Assembly (NCBI GenBank): GCA_951406725.2 | Contig: OX597824.1 | Location: 48,236,001-48,300,000, forward strand | Source: Octopus vulgaris | Lineage: Eukaryota | DNA length: 64,000 nt | Reading direction: 5' to 3' | Notes under the pieces: model-generated | What the model was told of the DNA's origin: nothing | Seen by the model: only the letters and a program-made list of their open reading frames with translations | The model's database searches: none | Made by a program: the position numbers and the translations under genes | Shown: piece after piece, positions 41,500-57,049 of the stretch | How positions within the stretch are numbered: the stretch's first letter is position 1 | Layout of the letters: every line of letters begins with the position of its first letter

Positions 41500-42597
41500 G
41501 GGAGAGTTCACAAAAAAACAAAAGACGAAGACAGGTGGTGTAGACAACAAACAGATGTATTAGTTTAATGCTCAGGAAGTGAAAAAGAATTTTAACGTTT
41601 CGGGCCTACGCTCCTCCACAGAAAGGAGTACAGAAAGAAACAGGGAGAGAAAAAAAGAATGTGTAGTGGCTAGCGATCTATCATGGCAAATGCCGGACAG
41701 AGGGATCACACAGGAGAGCTAGGGAGAAGGGGAGATAATAAAGCATTGGTGATCCCCAAAACGAAGGTGCACGTGCGTGTGTATAAGAGGGCATGAATGT
41801 GTGTGTGAAGAGGGCTGGTGACCTTGACGCGTGCGTGTGTGCATGTGTAGGTGTGTGGATGATGGTGTGGGTGCTGGGAAGTGGTCAGTGTTAGTGTGTG
41901 CGTGATGGTGTGATGTGATGTGGTGTTGCGTGGTATTGTGGTGTGTGGTGTGGTGGTGTGTGGTGTGGTGGTATGTGGTATGGTGGTGTTGAGATGTGGG
42001 GGAGGCGAAAGTAGGGAAATCAAGGGTGGGGTGTGGGTTAGGTTGAGGGCGGAGGCAGTGGTGGGGTATGTGGGAGCGGGTGTAAGGGATGGGGTGGGGG
42101 TGGAATGTGATGGATAGGGAGTTTGGGGTTGGATTGTGTAGGGATGGGGTTACGAAGGAGGGGTGACGATGAAGGGAGAGGGGGAATGGAGAAGGTGGGT
42201 AGCAGTGAAGAGAAGAGAGAAGGAGAGTAGGAGTGAAGAGAAGAAGTAGTAGTCGGAGCGAGAGAAGAGAGATGGGTGGGAGGAAGTGGGTGTGAGAGAA
42301 AGAGAGGAGAGGGGAGGAGTGTTGAGTCCATATGGCGCAAAGAAGCGAAGAGAGAAGATTGATGCTTGTTCATGGCGAAGACGGGAGTCTGGATGGCCTC
42401 TGTGCAACGACAATCCGAACACAAACAGGTGTTGCAAAGAGTGACCGGTAGATCGGAAATGGTGCGAGTCCGGGGTGTCATTGCCGAGTAGGGTGTCTCG
42501 GAGGTGTTCCGCGAACCGGTCAGCCAAGCGGCGTCCCATTTACCCGATGTATAGAGAAGGGTAGAGAGAGCAAGAGATACAGTATATGATATTGCTA
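41497..42597 (-). mobile_element. Penelope-like element 3' part: GIY-YIG endonuclease, 3' UTR and decayed hammerhead
   Basis: Minus strand reads SNIIYCISCSLYPSLYIG*MGRRLADRFAEHLRD...HHF...APYGLN (GIY-YIG); HHR-like motif at 41591-41624; 3' end in a (TA)/(CA) tract. Confidence 0.9.
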
Positions 42598-43694
42598 TAT
42601 ATATTTCTTTACTTTTACCAATTAATAGCCACCTCTGCTACCATCCTGATATTGAACGTTTTTTTTTTGGGGGGGGGGGATGTCTACTATATCAGGATTT
42701 TAACCCATATGGATATATGCAGGATATATGCACCTAAGGGCTCATGTTCTGGTTTCTATAACTTCGGAAAGTTGAATTATGAAATTTTGTGCTTCTTTTT
42801 CCTTCTTTCTTTCCAGAAGTATAACCAAAACTTTTTTACTTCTTGCACTGAAGAGTACAGTGATATATAATTAATTTAATTTAATCTAATTAATTTGATT
42901 AATTCTATTCAACCATGAATTTGCATTATTTTTATATCTCTGTACGAAATGATCATCTCCATGAATTAAAATTCTCTTATATTTTAACTTCACTTCTCCA
43001 TTGTTAACTAAATTGTTGAGTTTTATGGGATTTCTTTCCATTAATTCACAGCACATCATATACAAGTATTATTTTCAGATTCGAAAATTTACGCCTGTAA
43101 ACTACCAGCAAAATATGAAGAATATATATTAGAAATCTGTTTTTGGAACCACCAAATTAAAGGACGAATCTAATTCAACGATTTTACACATACACACACA
43201 CACACACACAACTAAGAAAGAGAGAACAAATTTCAAAGGTCAGTTTTCATATTCATTCAATATATTTCAAAGCATCGGAATATTCCACAGCATACACAGA
43301 TGCATTCATATATACATGATATAATATAAAAAATGTATAAATATATAAATACAGAAATGTACTTGCGAGGTAGTATGTCCGTAACACATGGTGAATGTAT
43401 AGTGGTAATCCAAATAGATGAGAAAGTTGGTATAAAATGATTTTAAAAAGAATCTTTAGCAGGTGCAAAGTCTAACGGCCATTTCGAGAGAATATAGGCT
43501 CGTATGGGCGAGTTAATTCCAAGCATAACAATCATCTACATTTCTCTTATCAGAGTTAATCCAAAAGGATTTATAAAAGAGTTATTTAAATCTTAAAGTT
43601 TTAAGCAACATAAGAAATTGAAGAATTTTAAAAATTCGAATGCTGTGTCAGAACATACTGTTCAGACGATGATAACTAATTCATTTATTTCTTC

Positions 43695-43793
<99 letters not shown>

Positions 43794-43803
43794 ACACACA
43801 CAT

Positions 43804-43844
<41 letters not shown>

Positions 43845-43846
<2 letters not shown>

Positions 43847-44190
43847 AAATACAAAATGGGACAAGAACACAAAACATCCAGGCAGTTAGGTGATAGAAAA
43901 ATGGGGCAACAGAACATCCAGATAGACAATACAAAGAAAACAACGACGGGTCATCCGAAGTTTTCTTTCCTCAGTCAAGTACCAGATTATCTTCGCAATT
44001 CCGGCTGATTATACTTGAGATTGCTCCAATCTGGCCATCCCCAAGGAAAAACTAAGCTAAGAGCATTAGATTCCTTGGAAGAAAGCAGCCAATGTATACA
44101 AAAACAAGGATGGAAAAAACGGACAATGTTACACAAATAATAACAGGACATAACAACAGGTGTCTTTCGACTAAGGACGAATTAAATTTT
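43845..44190 (-). mobile_element. Repeat fragment between (TA)n tracts, probably a PLE-type end; contains a long hairpin
   Basis: Its terminus aaatacaaaatg..acaagaac.caaaa.atcca...agttaggtgat recurs at 36651-36698; family assignment is an inference. Confidence 0.5.
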
Positions 44191-44201
44191 ATATATATAT
44201 G

Positions 44202-45208
44202 TATAATCAAAATAAGCAACAAGAATATCTCCGGTAATTTGGTACGGTCGTTTCATGCTACATCATTTTATTAAATATTGTAAATATTACAACAGTTTTA
44301 AAATGTTGAGCAGTCATCAGCCATTAATAGAGGTTTCCCATTAATACATAATTTTCATATTAATTGATAACATTATAGAGAAGGTAGATATATAGACAAA
44401 GATGTTGATTTGAATTTTAAGAACATTGAGTTATTAAGTAATATGCCTACTCACATTAAATGATAGATTTTTTCTCCAAAATGAATAAATATTAGATTTG
44501 TAATTTCTACTTTAATCCAACGTATCAATATAATCAACACCTACCAGATAAATGTGGAGCTGATGTGTGTGGGAGTATAGGAATCTCTGTAATTCTCATT
44601 AACTTTTTTCTTGGGTATATAGGTGGTCATTATAACCATTTGACATTGACCTAGTTTTCTTGATACAAGATCTGTTTGCCAAATAGTAGTTCTTGTTGCT
44701 CCTGGGGCATTATAACTCCCTTACCACTTTTATTTCTTAATGAATAATTTCTGACATTTACTTAACCCCATTTCTATAAATAGAAAACCCTTTTTGTCTC
44801 CTTCAACTGAATGTGCCTCGCAACCTTCTAGCAGTTCAAAATATCTTAGAGAACTCTTCAGTCATAAGATAAGCTCTACTACCTCAATGTTCTTAAAATT
44901 CAAATCAACATCTTTGTCTATATATCTACCTTCTCTATAATGTTATCAATTAATTTGAAAATTATGTATTAATGGGAAACCTCTATTACTGGCTGATGAC
45001 TGCTCAACAGTTTAAAGCTGTTGTAATATTTACAATATTTAATAAAATGATGTAGCGTGAAACGATCGTACCAAATTAGCGGAGATATTCTTGTTGCTTA
45101 TTTTGATTATAATCACCCCATGGATTTATATGGATAACACCATACAATGTTCTGGTGCATCAAACTTAAGTACCATATTCATCTGAATCTAAATTTTGCT
45201 GAACTTAT
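44202..45208 (+). mobile_element. Fold-back element with ~230-bp inverted arms, each carrying a hammerhead motif (PLE-like)
   Basis: 44202-44430 is the reverse complement of 44883-45111; the right arm extends about 100 bp further; (TA)n on both sides. Confidence 0.8.
44987..45078 (+). ncRNA. Type I hammerhead ribozyme motif with enlarged stem II
   Basis: tgg-CTGATGA(44993-44999)-ctgc...gtag-cgt-GAAA(45059-45062)-cgatcg-TA-cca; palindromic stem III ACGATCGT, GUA triplet. Inverted copy at 44235-44326. Confidence 0.7.
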
Positions 45209-45251
45209 ATATATATGTACATATATATATATATATATATAATATATATAT

Positions 45252-46719
<1,468 letters not shown>

Positions 46720-46781
46720 GTACATGTATACCTATATATATGCACATACATATATGCATATATGCATACATATACATACAT

Positions 46782-46833
<52 letters not shown>

Positions 46834-47094
46834 GGAAGATGTTAGACATGAATCCTTATGTAGTATTGTTAAATGCAAATTATATGCTCCACTTTTAGCA
46901 TATTGAATTGTGTGTATGTGTGTTTGTGTGTGTATGTGTATTTGTGTGTGTATATTTGTTTGTTTGTGTGCGCGTGTGTGCGTGTATTAACAAACTACAC
47001 GCTCACACATATATTTTACAAGCGTTAATACTCCAAATGGTGACTCAGCTATTATGTAGTTTGCCTTTGTGTATAAAATTGTAAACTGCATTTT

Positions 47095-47245
47095 GTACCC
47101 AAAAGAAACAGAATACTAGCGAGTTTCTGAACAGCCTGGAACTACCTGGAGTGTCACTTCACAGACTCATACTGAAGCAAAGATCCTTCATTAATCTTTG
47201 CAAAACTTAGACACTATACATTGGTACAATGATACAAGCTTGGTA
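47095..47245 (+). mobile_element. Short Helitron helicase remnant
   Basis: EFLNSLELPGVSLHRLILK matches the RepHel motif EFLNSL...G.P.H.L.LK. Confidence 0.65.
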
Positions 47246-47734
47246 CGTCAGGTTCTCGAATAATGTTTGGTTAAGTTTCGAATAAACTCTCCCCATTTTT
47301 TACTTCATTTGTATATTTTATAAAGAAACCTCTATGTTTTATATGATTTTTAAAACTTTTTCCCCGGATTTCTGCGTTTTAAACACCAGAGATTACAATT
47401 ATACAAATTAAAAGCTTTTCAAAGGTACAATTGCTTATGTACTTTTGTACCCTTTCAGTTTCAAAGCACGTAACTGGCGGTAACTTTTTCATATTCTATT
47501 TCTTTTCTGAAAGTATTATCTTTAAACATAGAAGATTTTGATTCTACACAAAAAACAGCTGTGGTAGCCTTTTACCTGTTATTTTCTGTCGTTGTTTGGG
47601 TCAGAAAGTCTTGACGTCGTGATTAGTGTTTCCGCAGTTGTAGCAATGAGGCTTTCAGTCTTTCATAATCACTCGAAGTTTTTTCCCTCCTGGGATCTGG
47701 GATTTCAAATAGGTCGGGGATCTTGTCTAGTGTC

Positions 47735-48200
47735 CCAGGTTTTACCTGTATCAAAACCTTCAATTCCATTACAATCCAATTTTCAATTTGGGATACTTTT
47801 ATTTCTAGCAGCGTGCTAAGGTCTTGCAAAACCACACATTTCGCCACCCACCAGAAGTCTAGTTTGTTGTATGTTTGAGACTTTTCCTCGGATCACTCTC
47901 TGTCCCAATTAAATCAGTATCTATGTAAAATCTTCAGTTCTTGGTGAGACGATAAAATACTTCTGAGCTATGTTTTCCGCGTGGAAAATAACTTGTATGT
48001 ATTCGAAATTGCGGGCACAAAAATTGACACCTTGCCATATGTTCACTCGCGTAGCTAAGGAGTGGATTGGCGGTAGGTGCAGCACTTTTAAATGGGCAGC
48101 ACTTTTGAGTCTGCTGTAGGCAATATGTGATTTTTGTGGGGTCCGGGGGCGGCAAACGGAAAGGCCACCCCGGGCGGCACACATTCTAACTACGCTAGTG
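47735..48200 (-). mobile_element. Dispersed repeat fragment (probable non-autonomous DNA transposon); diverged copy at 59405-59660
   Basis: 47735-48000 aligns by eye with the reverse complement of 59405-59660; a cactagcgtag terminus at 48200 resembles hAT-type MITE ends. Confidence 0.55.
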
Positions 48201-48991
48201 CTTATGTTCCTTCAACAGATTTCAGCTTGGTCTGAAGTTATACGCTCTAATATATGTATCTTTTTGTTGACAAGCATCTACACAAAATTGTTTTCTTTTC
48301 CGTTTCATCTAAGATATATTGCAGTATGTTGTGCATAGTTTTCTCTGTTCTAGAGGTTTGATATGTTTTTTCCCCCTCTTCTAAATATTCATATTTATTG
48401 TCTAGTGAGATGAAATCGAACACGATTGGGGTATTGGCAAAATAAATACTTTTTCTGTGTTGTCGTTGCTGCTGCTGCTGTTACTATCGTCGTTTTCGTT
48501 TCTTATTGGGGCATTGATAGTGTTAGTAGTGGTGTCAATACTCTGTTTGCTACTGCTGGTGATTTTGCGAGCTTTTTCGGTTGACTTGTCAATATTCTTG
48601 CTGCTGCCGCTGTTTTTGTTTTTGCTACTACTGTTACTGTTACTGTTGTCACTGATACTGCTATGCTATTTTTGATTGCTGCTATGTCTGTAGTATTATG
48701 TGGTAACAGATGACTGCAAAAAACGATATCACCGTATAACATCCCACCTTTCTCTCAACAAAAAACAGTTTCTAAAAAGGAAAACAGGGCACAAACTCAT
48801 GGAACTTCCAAAAACTTTCAACTTCGGCGTTAAACAACAACAACAGTAATAATGCTTATGATATTTATATTGGCCAAAGGGGCTTGTAACAAGAAATACA
48901 AAACATTTCTGAGAAAACTATTTCAAATAAAGCATGATGCGATGTACATGTAGACAGGGAAGAAGAGAAAACTTAATAGGAATATACCAAT

Positions 48992-49031
<40 letters not shown>

Positions 49032-49314
49032 TCACAAATATGTACAAATATGAGGTGATAGAGAACGAAGAGGGGTACCTCAAATAGGTAGGAACCACCA
49101 CATTGGTTGGATCAGGATCACCAAAAGCCCTCGATGAGCGAGTATCCCTAACAGTTGACCTTAATTATAATGACTGATCCTGTCATACCAATTTTGCTGC
49201 TTAGTCCTACCTTCAGTCAGATTGACTGGTGGGCTAAATCTCCCTCTCTATTAGTATTTTCAGTTTCATCTTCAAGTTAGCAAGTTAGCAATATTATATA
49301 TCGTCTATGAGCGA

Positions 49315-49530
49315 ACGCGCGTGGCTTAGACATTAGGTGTTGCACTCCCGATTGCAAGATCGTGGTTTTGATTCCGAGATCGGGCGGTGCATTGTGTTCT
49401 AGAGCAAAACTTATCATTTCACGTTGCTCTAGTCCACTCAACTGTAAATGACTAACCCTCCGATGGACTGGCGTCCCGTTCAAGGAGAATTTTACAATCT
49501 TGATCATTTATACGCCAAGAAAACCGGGTA
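49315..49530 (+). mobile_element. tRNA-derived SINE (third family), diverged
   Basis: A-box-like tggcttag and B-box-like ggttttgattcc; a reversed relative lies at ~36290-36390. Confidence 0.6.
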
Positions 49531-49535
49531 ACACA

Positions 49536-49697
49536 GGTGCAGGAGTGGCTGTGTGATAAGTAGCTTACTTACCAACCACATGGTTCCGGAATCAGTCCCA
49601 CTGTGTGGCACCTTGGGTAAGTGTCTTCTACTATAGCCTCGGGCCGACCAAAGCCTTCTCAGTGGATTCGGTAGACGGAAACTTAAGAAGCCCGTCG

Positions 49698-49783
<86 letters not shown>

Positions 49784-50030
49784 TGTATGTATGTATGTAT
49801 GTATGTATGTATATGTTTGTGTGTCTGTTTGTCTCCCCACCATTGCTTGACAACCGATGCTGGTGTATTTATGTTCCCGCAACTTAGCGGTTCGGCAAAA
49901 GAAACCGATAGAATAAGTACTAGAACTTACAAAGAATGATTCCTAGGGTCGATTTGTTCGACTAAAGGCGGTGCTCCTGCGTGGCCGCATTCAAATGACT
50001 GAAACAAATAAAAGAGTAAAAAAAAGAGTA
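49536..50030 (+). mobile_element. Octopus-type SINE, full length with internal (TA)/(TATG) tract
   Basis: Head ggtgcaggagtggctgtgtg...ggttccggaatcagtcccactg, central microsatellite, 3' body ending tgactgaaacaaataaaagagtaaa. Confidence 0.9.
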
Positions 50031-50816
50031 ACTGGCTTTGGGAGTTCTGGAACACGAGGCAGTAATGTCCGTGACTTATATGTACATTGTTTGAATGGAT
50101 AAAGAATTTGCTTCATAACCACAAGGTCCTAGGTTCGGTCGCACTGCGTGACATCTTGGTGTCATTTCAGCTGTCAGTTTCTATAGACTCGGCTTGAATC
50201 ATTCTTTTTGGTAGGGTTCTGTTCTCAACCCTTATAAATTTTTCCAGTGCACAAACACTAATGTAACATTAATAATATAAGTAAAAAGAGTCAGGGATCT
50301 CTTAGTTTTATGATACAGAGCACCCAGCCAAAATTTGAGAGGTATAAGGTTCAATTCTCTGTAGAGGTTTGCCGACCACTTTTAAAAAGAAGGCGGCGAG
50401 TTGGCAGAATTGTTACTGCACCGGGCAAAATACTTAGCGGCATTTTGTTCGTCTTTACTTTCCTAGTTCAAATTCCGCCGAGGTCGACTTTGTATTTCAT
50501 CCATTCGAGGCCGATAAAATAAGTACCAGTCAACCCTTCTCCCCAAATTGCTGATTCTGTGCCAAAATTTGAAAACAATGTAAGAAGAAATAACAAAAAG
50601 CGAAAATGAAAACGCTTTGTTTGAGATCAACCGAAACTCAATGGCTGAGTGTGTTTGCTTATTAGCTTCGTTGCTTGGTTGTTTGTTAGCTTGATTTCTT
50701 CGATGTTATGAAGTTGTGCAACATTCGGCTTTACTCCAAGTTTTTGAAGGACATTTAATACAGATATTCTTAACACTTGTACAGTTTATGCTTAGATTTA
50801 TGCTAGATAATAATGC

Positions 50817-50856
<40 letters not shown>

Positions 50857-51443
50857 CTGTGTGTGTGTGTGTGCGTGCGTGCGTGCGTGTGCATGTGTGT
50901 GTATGTGTGCGCGCGTGTATACGTGCGTGCATATGTGTGTGTTTTGAACCGGAGCTGCAGTCTTGGTTCACAAATCGCTAATAAATATCCCGTCTCTAGC
51001 ATTCTGTTTGCTTTTCACCAAACTCAATCAACCTTCATCTCTCTCTCCCCCTCTCTCCCACCTCTCCTGCTCTCTCTCCCCTCTCTCTCTTACTCTCTCT
51101 CTCACACACACACAGACGCACATGCGCTTGTACATTCCTCCAGAACCTCTGTTGTTTTGCAGTATCTTATAGATATTGCACATCATACATACTTGCCTCT
51201 ACGATGTTACAATGCAATAAAATCTCTTAATGAAATTATTGGAGCGATATCGTATAATACATTCTTTTGCATTTTATGCAATTTTACATCACGCTTAAGT
51301 TCTCTGTAGCTTTCGACACTCTTAGACTTGCGGATTATGAAACACCAGCGGACTTTCTGGATTGTTTATCTGTTGATATGTTTTACCGTATAGCCGTAGT
51401 GTGTTTCACATTGCTATATCCCGATCTTAATCAATCATCTTTA

Positions 51444-51533
<90 letters not shown>

Positions 51534-51789
51534 ATACATATACTCATATTTGGAACTCTAAATTAAAGCTGATGAATAAACTGCTCGTTTAAGCTGTTTA
51601 GCATCAGGAACGTAATCTCACTTGATAATAAGGAAATAAATTAATTTCGCATTACGGAATTTCATGTTACGGTAAGATTTTCAGGAACGCATTGTTTCCG
51701 TAAAGCGAGGTATTCTGGTAATTCATTATTTACTTCTATCTCCCTAATGTGCTCACTCAGATTATTTATTTTGCAATACTACCTCCTCC

Positions 51790-51850
<61 letters not shown>

Positions 51851-54330
51851 TAATTTCGCATGTGTATGTAACTAAACTTTTAAGCCAAATCATAATTTCA
51901 GGCAGGCATCCCAGCGGATATCGGCAACTTTAATTTCACAAGAAACAGAGAGAATAATGATTTAATGGCGTTTTTCCGTAGAGTTTGCACATAACATACG
52001 CGTTGATACCTTGTTCACTCGGTTCTCATTCGCACCAATTTAACCGAATCGATTTCTATTTTAGATGGACTGTTGCAAAATGGTAGACAAGAGAGAAATA
52101 TTTTTGGAAAAGATTCAGTTGTTTCATGTCTTAACAACGACGTTGAATCCATTTAAGATTTTTCTGTTAGATAATAAGAAAGAGCGTGGGTGGAGTCTAA
52201 GTATATATATATTTTCAAAGCTTTCATGCAATTTGAGAAAAGGTAATACGGTCTTAATATGTTCATTTTGAATTATTAAAGGTGAATTCTATTTTATTCT
52301 TTTACTGGTTTCAGCTAGCTCGGCCATCGTAGTTTTTAGAAAAACAAACATGAAGGAAATTTTTGAAATATGGATTTGGCAGAGCTTCACAAAACAAACT
52401 TAAACGATTGAAGAACTCATGGTCAAGACAGCAAACCAGCAAGATATTTGTTAATTATACAAAGATCCTATTTTTATAGAGCTGAGTAATGATTACCATG
52501 ACGCTCATTATCAGTGAAAAATTATTGAGTTATAATGACGGACTAATGAGGCATATTCTACGTGGTGGCTTGACCGACAGAAAATTTGGCGGCAAATTTC
52601 CCTCAAATTCCAATCTATCAGCTTGAAAACTATATTGGATAATAAAACTATAAATTTATATTTAACACGTTCATGTACACTAAAATGTGAAAAGACCTGT
52701 TACCATAAGTGTCTGGAGGAGAAATGTTTGTTAAACATACCGAGACGAGCAAGGGAGAATGAATGAAGTCATCAGTCTGTAGGACACGTTTTTCTCAGAA
52801 GTTACACTTCGTTTCCTACAGATACTGAATCAGTCGTTCATAGCCTGCTAAAAACTGTCCTTCTTACATGTAAACAGTAAATAATAAATTTGCTGGAGTG
52901 TACAAAGCTTTGTCAAGCTGGAATTCGCAACACCGCTTTTTCTTCACATTTGAGTGAATACAAATGTGTTAAATATAAATTTACACAGCTTTATTTTAAT
53001 CGTCACTGCTTAGTGTACTTTAATATAGGATAATATTATTCTAAGTCATTATGTTCGAAAATAAGATGAGATGATCATAGTCGGAATGCTTTTGATTTTA
53101 CCGGTTTGATTAATCGAGGCTGACCTGATGCTAAACAGCTTAAACGAGCAGTTTATTCATCAGCTTAAATTTAGAGCTCCAAATATGAGTATATGTATAT
53201 TTTTTTATTAATATTTTGCATTGAGTCACTCTGTTGCTTCTGCTAAATATCGATAAAAATATACATATACCCACATATACTCATACTTTGAGCTCTATTT
53301 TTCCTGTTTGCATCACGTTACCTATATATATGTACACACACACAAACATCCACATACTCATACAAACAAAACAGTGCATTTAACTAAACTGTTCTTAAAT
53401 TAAAGTCGATTCATCAAAAATAAGAACCAAAGAGAAAAAAAATTATTTTGAATGCATAACTCAATAATGGAAAAAAAGGTTATCACTGTTGTTGCTGCTG
53501 GTGGTGGCGGTGATGGTGGTTTATGTATGTAGAGAAGGGGAAACATCTTCAATTTATTGAGAAGAAAAAAATAAAGTAAAATAAGAAAATAAAACTAGTG
53601 GAAACTGTCTGTATATTTCTTTCGTCCATTTCTCGAGTAGCTAGAATCGATTTATTTATGTATAATAAATGCTGTTGAATATTTATTAAGAATACGCCTA
53701 GTACACAGAACATGCTTAAGTACATGAATTATTTATCCATGAATAAATGTGCATACACGTATTGGACAGCGTGACTTGTACATAAGAATTTTATGGTATC
53801 TGTGAGTGTATGTACGTATATGAATGTATATGTGTGCGTGTGTGTATATATGTATATGTATGTATATAAATATGTGTATATGTGCATGCGTGCGTGTGCG
53901 TGTATATATACAGACACATATGGAGAAATGGCAGAATCATTAGGGCGTCGGATACAATGCTTCGCGTCATTTGTTCCGACTCCCTGCACTCTGAGTTCGA
54001 ATACCATCGAAGTCAACTATACCATCCATCCGTCAGACGTCATGAAAAAGGTTCCAATCCAAGGCGGGTGATTGGTAGAACCATAAAAATTTCGGACCTT
54101 GCGGTCTTTGATCCAGTCCCTTTGTGTTCTGAATTCAAATCCTACACTAACTGGCATCGTTTGTAGATTAATCTGTCGTACAGTTAAACACTACCGAGCA
54201 ACATGGATGTTTTAGCGGAATTCACTCTGTTCCAATATTCGGGCCAGGTTTCCAGCTTGAAGATACATTCGTCTCTGTCTCCAGTTGCGGAGGCTTTGTG
54301 ACGGGTCAGAGGAGCTACCTTCTTACATAA

Positions 54331-54387
<57 letters not shown>

Positions 54388-54907
54388 ACAAACACACATA
54401 CAAGCACACATATATACTAACATCATAAGAATGTAGAAAGTTCAAGAGCGTGAAATATTTTTTTCTTTGTGTTTTTGGAATGGTGAATATCGGAGTAGAT
54501 GTAGCTTTAAATAATAACGTGTAAAATTTAAAGATTACTTTGGTACTATAGTAGAATGCCTGTCATGTTAACACCAGATGTGGGTTCGAGTTCCACTGAG
54601 AACATTCGACTTTTTCTATCCAAATAGTTTTTATCCTAATATTTACCCGCTGTTATCTATAGCTATATCGAGATTCACCACACCGGTTCAAAGATATATG
54701 CATAAATACATACGTATGTATGTATGCATGCATATATTTACCCCCCCACACCCACCCAAATATGAACATATCGTTAAAGGCGCGAAGTTGTAATGATTTT
54801 CCTAGATTATAACTGACGAGGAGAGAGCATATTCATGTCTTGTGTGTGAATTTTCCGTTCGTTCTTTGCCATGTTCCTTTTTAATTTTTGAAACTGATAT
54901 ATATATA

Positions 54908-54963
<56 letters not shown>

Positions 54964-55716
54964 TGTTTTGAGTTGAGTTGGGGTGCTAGATTCCCTTGTT
55001 CGAAAATATAAGGGCACAGATCGTGTCGAATAGCTATCTGGAGATGATGACACCTGGGGCTAAACTACAGCAACATTCGTCCTAAACCAGGACTACCATG
55101 TTATGTTGGCAAATAATCTTTACTCCTGATATATATATAAGCAGTTAATGTACGTCACAAATATAAGAAACGAGAGCACTAAATAAAAATCGATAGAGAT
55201 TCATTAAGTAACAGAATCAATTCATACTTTATGAGCTACAGTCTCTTTCGCACATCATCTAATGATTACGTAATGCAATCATCAGGTTCACTGTCTCTTA
55301 CAGTTATCTTCCCTCTTTACAGAAGAAAGTTTAAGTATCGGTAATTTCCATTGTGACAGCCATTGTGTCATTGTGGATGGGCTTTAATGATAATCCCGCC
55401 TTCTACGAAGAAGTAACAATATTTTTGAGTTCTAGCGAATCAGGTCGTTGTTCTAAGTGATGCACGAAGCTGTCTATGGCTAATACATTAACAATTGATT
55501 GCATAACGCAATATATGTAAGTATATATATATCTATATCTGTATGCATGTATTGTGTCTGTATGTTTATGCACACATATGTACATTTGTATGTATGTTTG
55601 TATGTATGTATGTATGTATGTATGTATGTATGTATGTATGTATGTATGTATGTATGTATGTATGTATATATACATACATGCATGCATACATACATACATG
55701 CATATATATGTATATA

Positions 55717-55772
<56 letters not shown>

Positions 55773-56714
55773 TTTAAAATGTGGGTGAGAAATTTGATAT
55801 TAATTTAAATAACATCAATTTCACGCCAGTGGTCCAGTATATAAAAAAATTGAAGGTTCGGTAAAATTGTATCATATACATATGCGAGGGAAACCACTAT
55901 GTGGATACCCTTATGCTAGAAGTAGATCCGCTATGGTCTTACCACTAAGAAATGTTCTCAAGAAAAATTCAGCAAACAACCAAAACGTAATCGAACAAGA
56001 CAAAAGAAAAGCAATAAAATATGGATTATTCACATACATGTTTCACTATTACCATATTACGTAATTTTACTTACGTAAGATGTCCATAGATCTTCGATGT
56101 GACCGTCCAAGTGAATATAATTTGCAGAACTGTATACTGGAACGTCCGCACAAAGTCAGATCTGTAAACAGTTCTACCCATTACACTCGTGGTTATACAG
56201 TGGTTATAAACTCGTCGGTTGCATATTTGTGTGAATAAAATCGTTTTTCTTTGGAATAGAAAAAAAGTCTATCTTTATTTCTTCTTTTGCTGATGTCTCA
56301 AATTTAGGTTAAATCAGTGTTTCTCAAAGGGGAGGCCTATGGGACGGTCGGACAATTTGTTTTGAGAAAATTTGGTTTAAATGTTTGACAACTCAGCACC
56401 GTCCATTGGACGCGGGGGGGGGGGGGCCCGCGTTTTGCTCGTATATATATATATGACTAAATGTTTATACGTAGGTAAGGTAAGTATTCCCGCATAAACA
56501 ATAGATAGAATGTGAAAAATAAAAATCACTGGGCAAGTAACGATTAAGCACTAATACATATGAATAAGCAACACAGAAGCTCGAATACACTCATACATGC
56601 ACATACTCTCTCACATAATACCATACAAACGAACGACACATATGGAGACAGGTTATACAGAATGCGCGCGCACACACACAAACAACAAACACGCATATAT
56701 ATATATATATATAT

Positions 56715-57040
<326 letters not shown>

Positions 57041-57049
57041 GTATATATG

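Noticed and set aside
47623-47847. 74-aa ORF as a host exon
   Set aside because: The sequence recurs in diverged form at 59.4-59.7 kb within a repeat-like context; no recognisable domain.
48457-48675. Hydrophobic 72-aa ORF resembling a membrane protein
   Set aside because: Arises from degenerate (CTG/TTG)n trinucleotide repeats.
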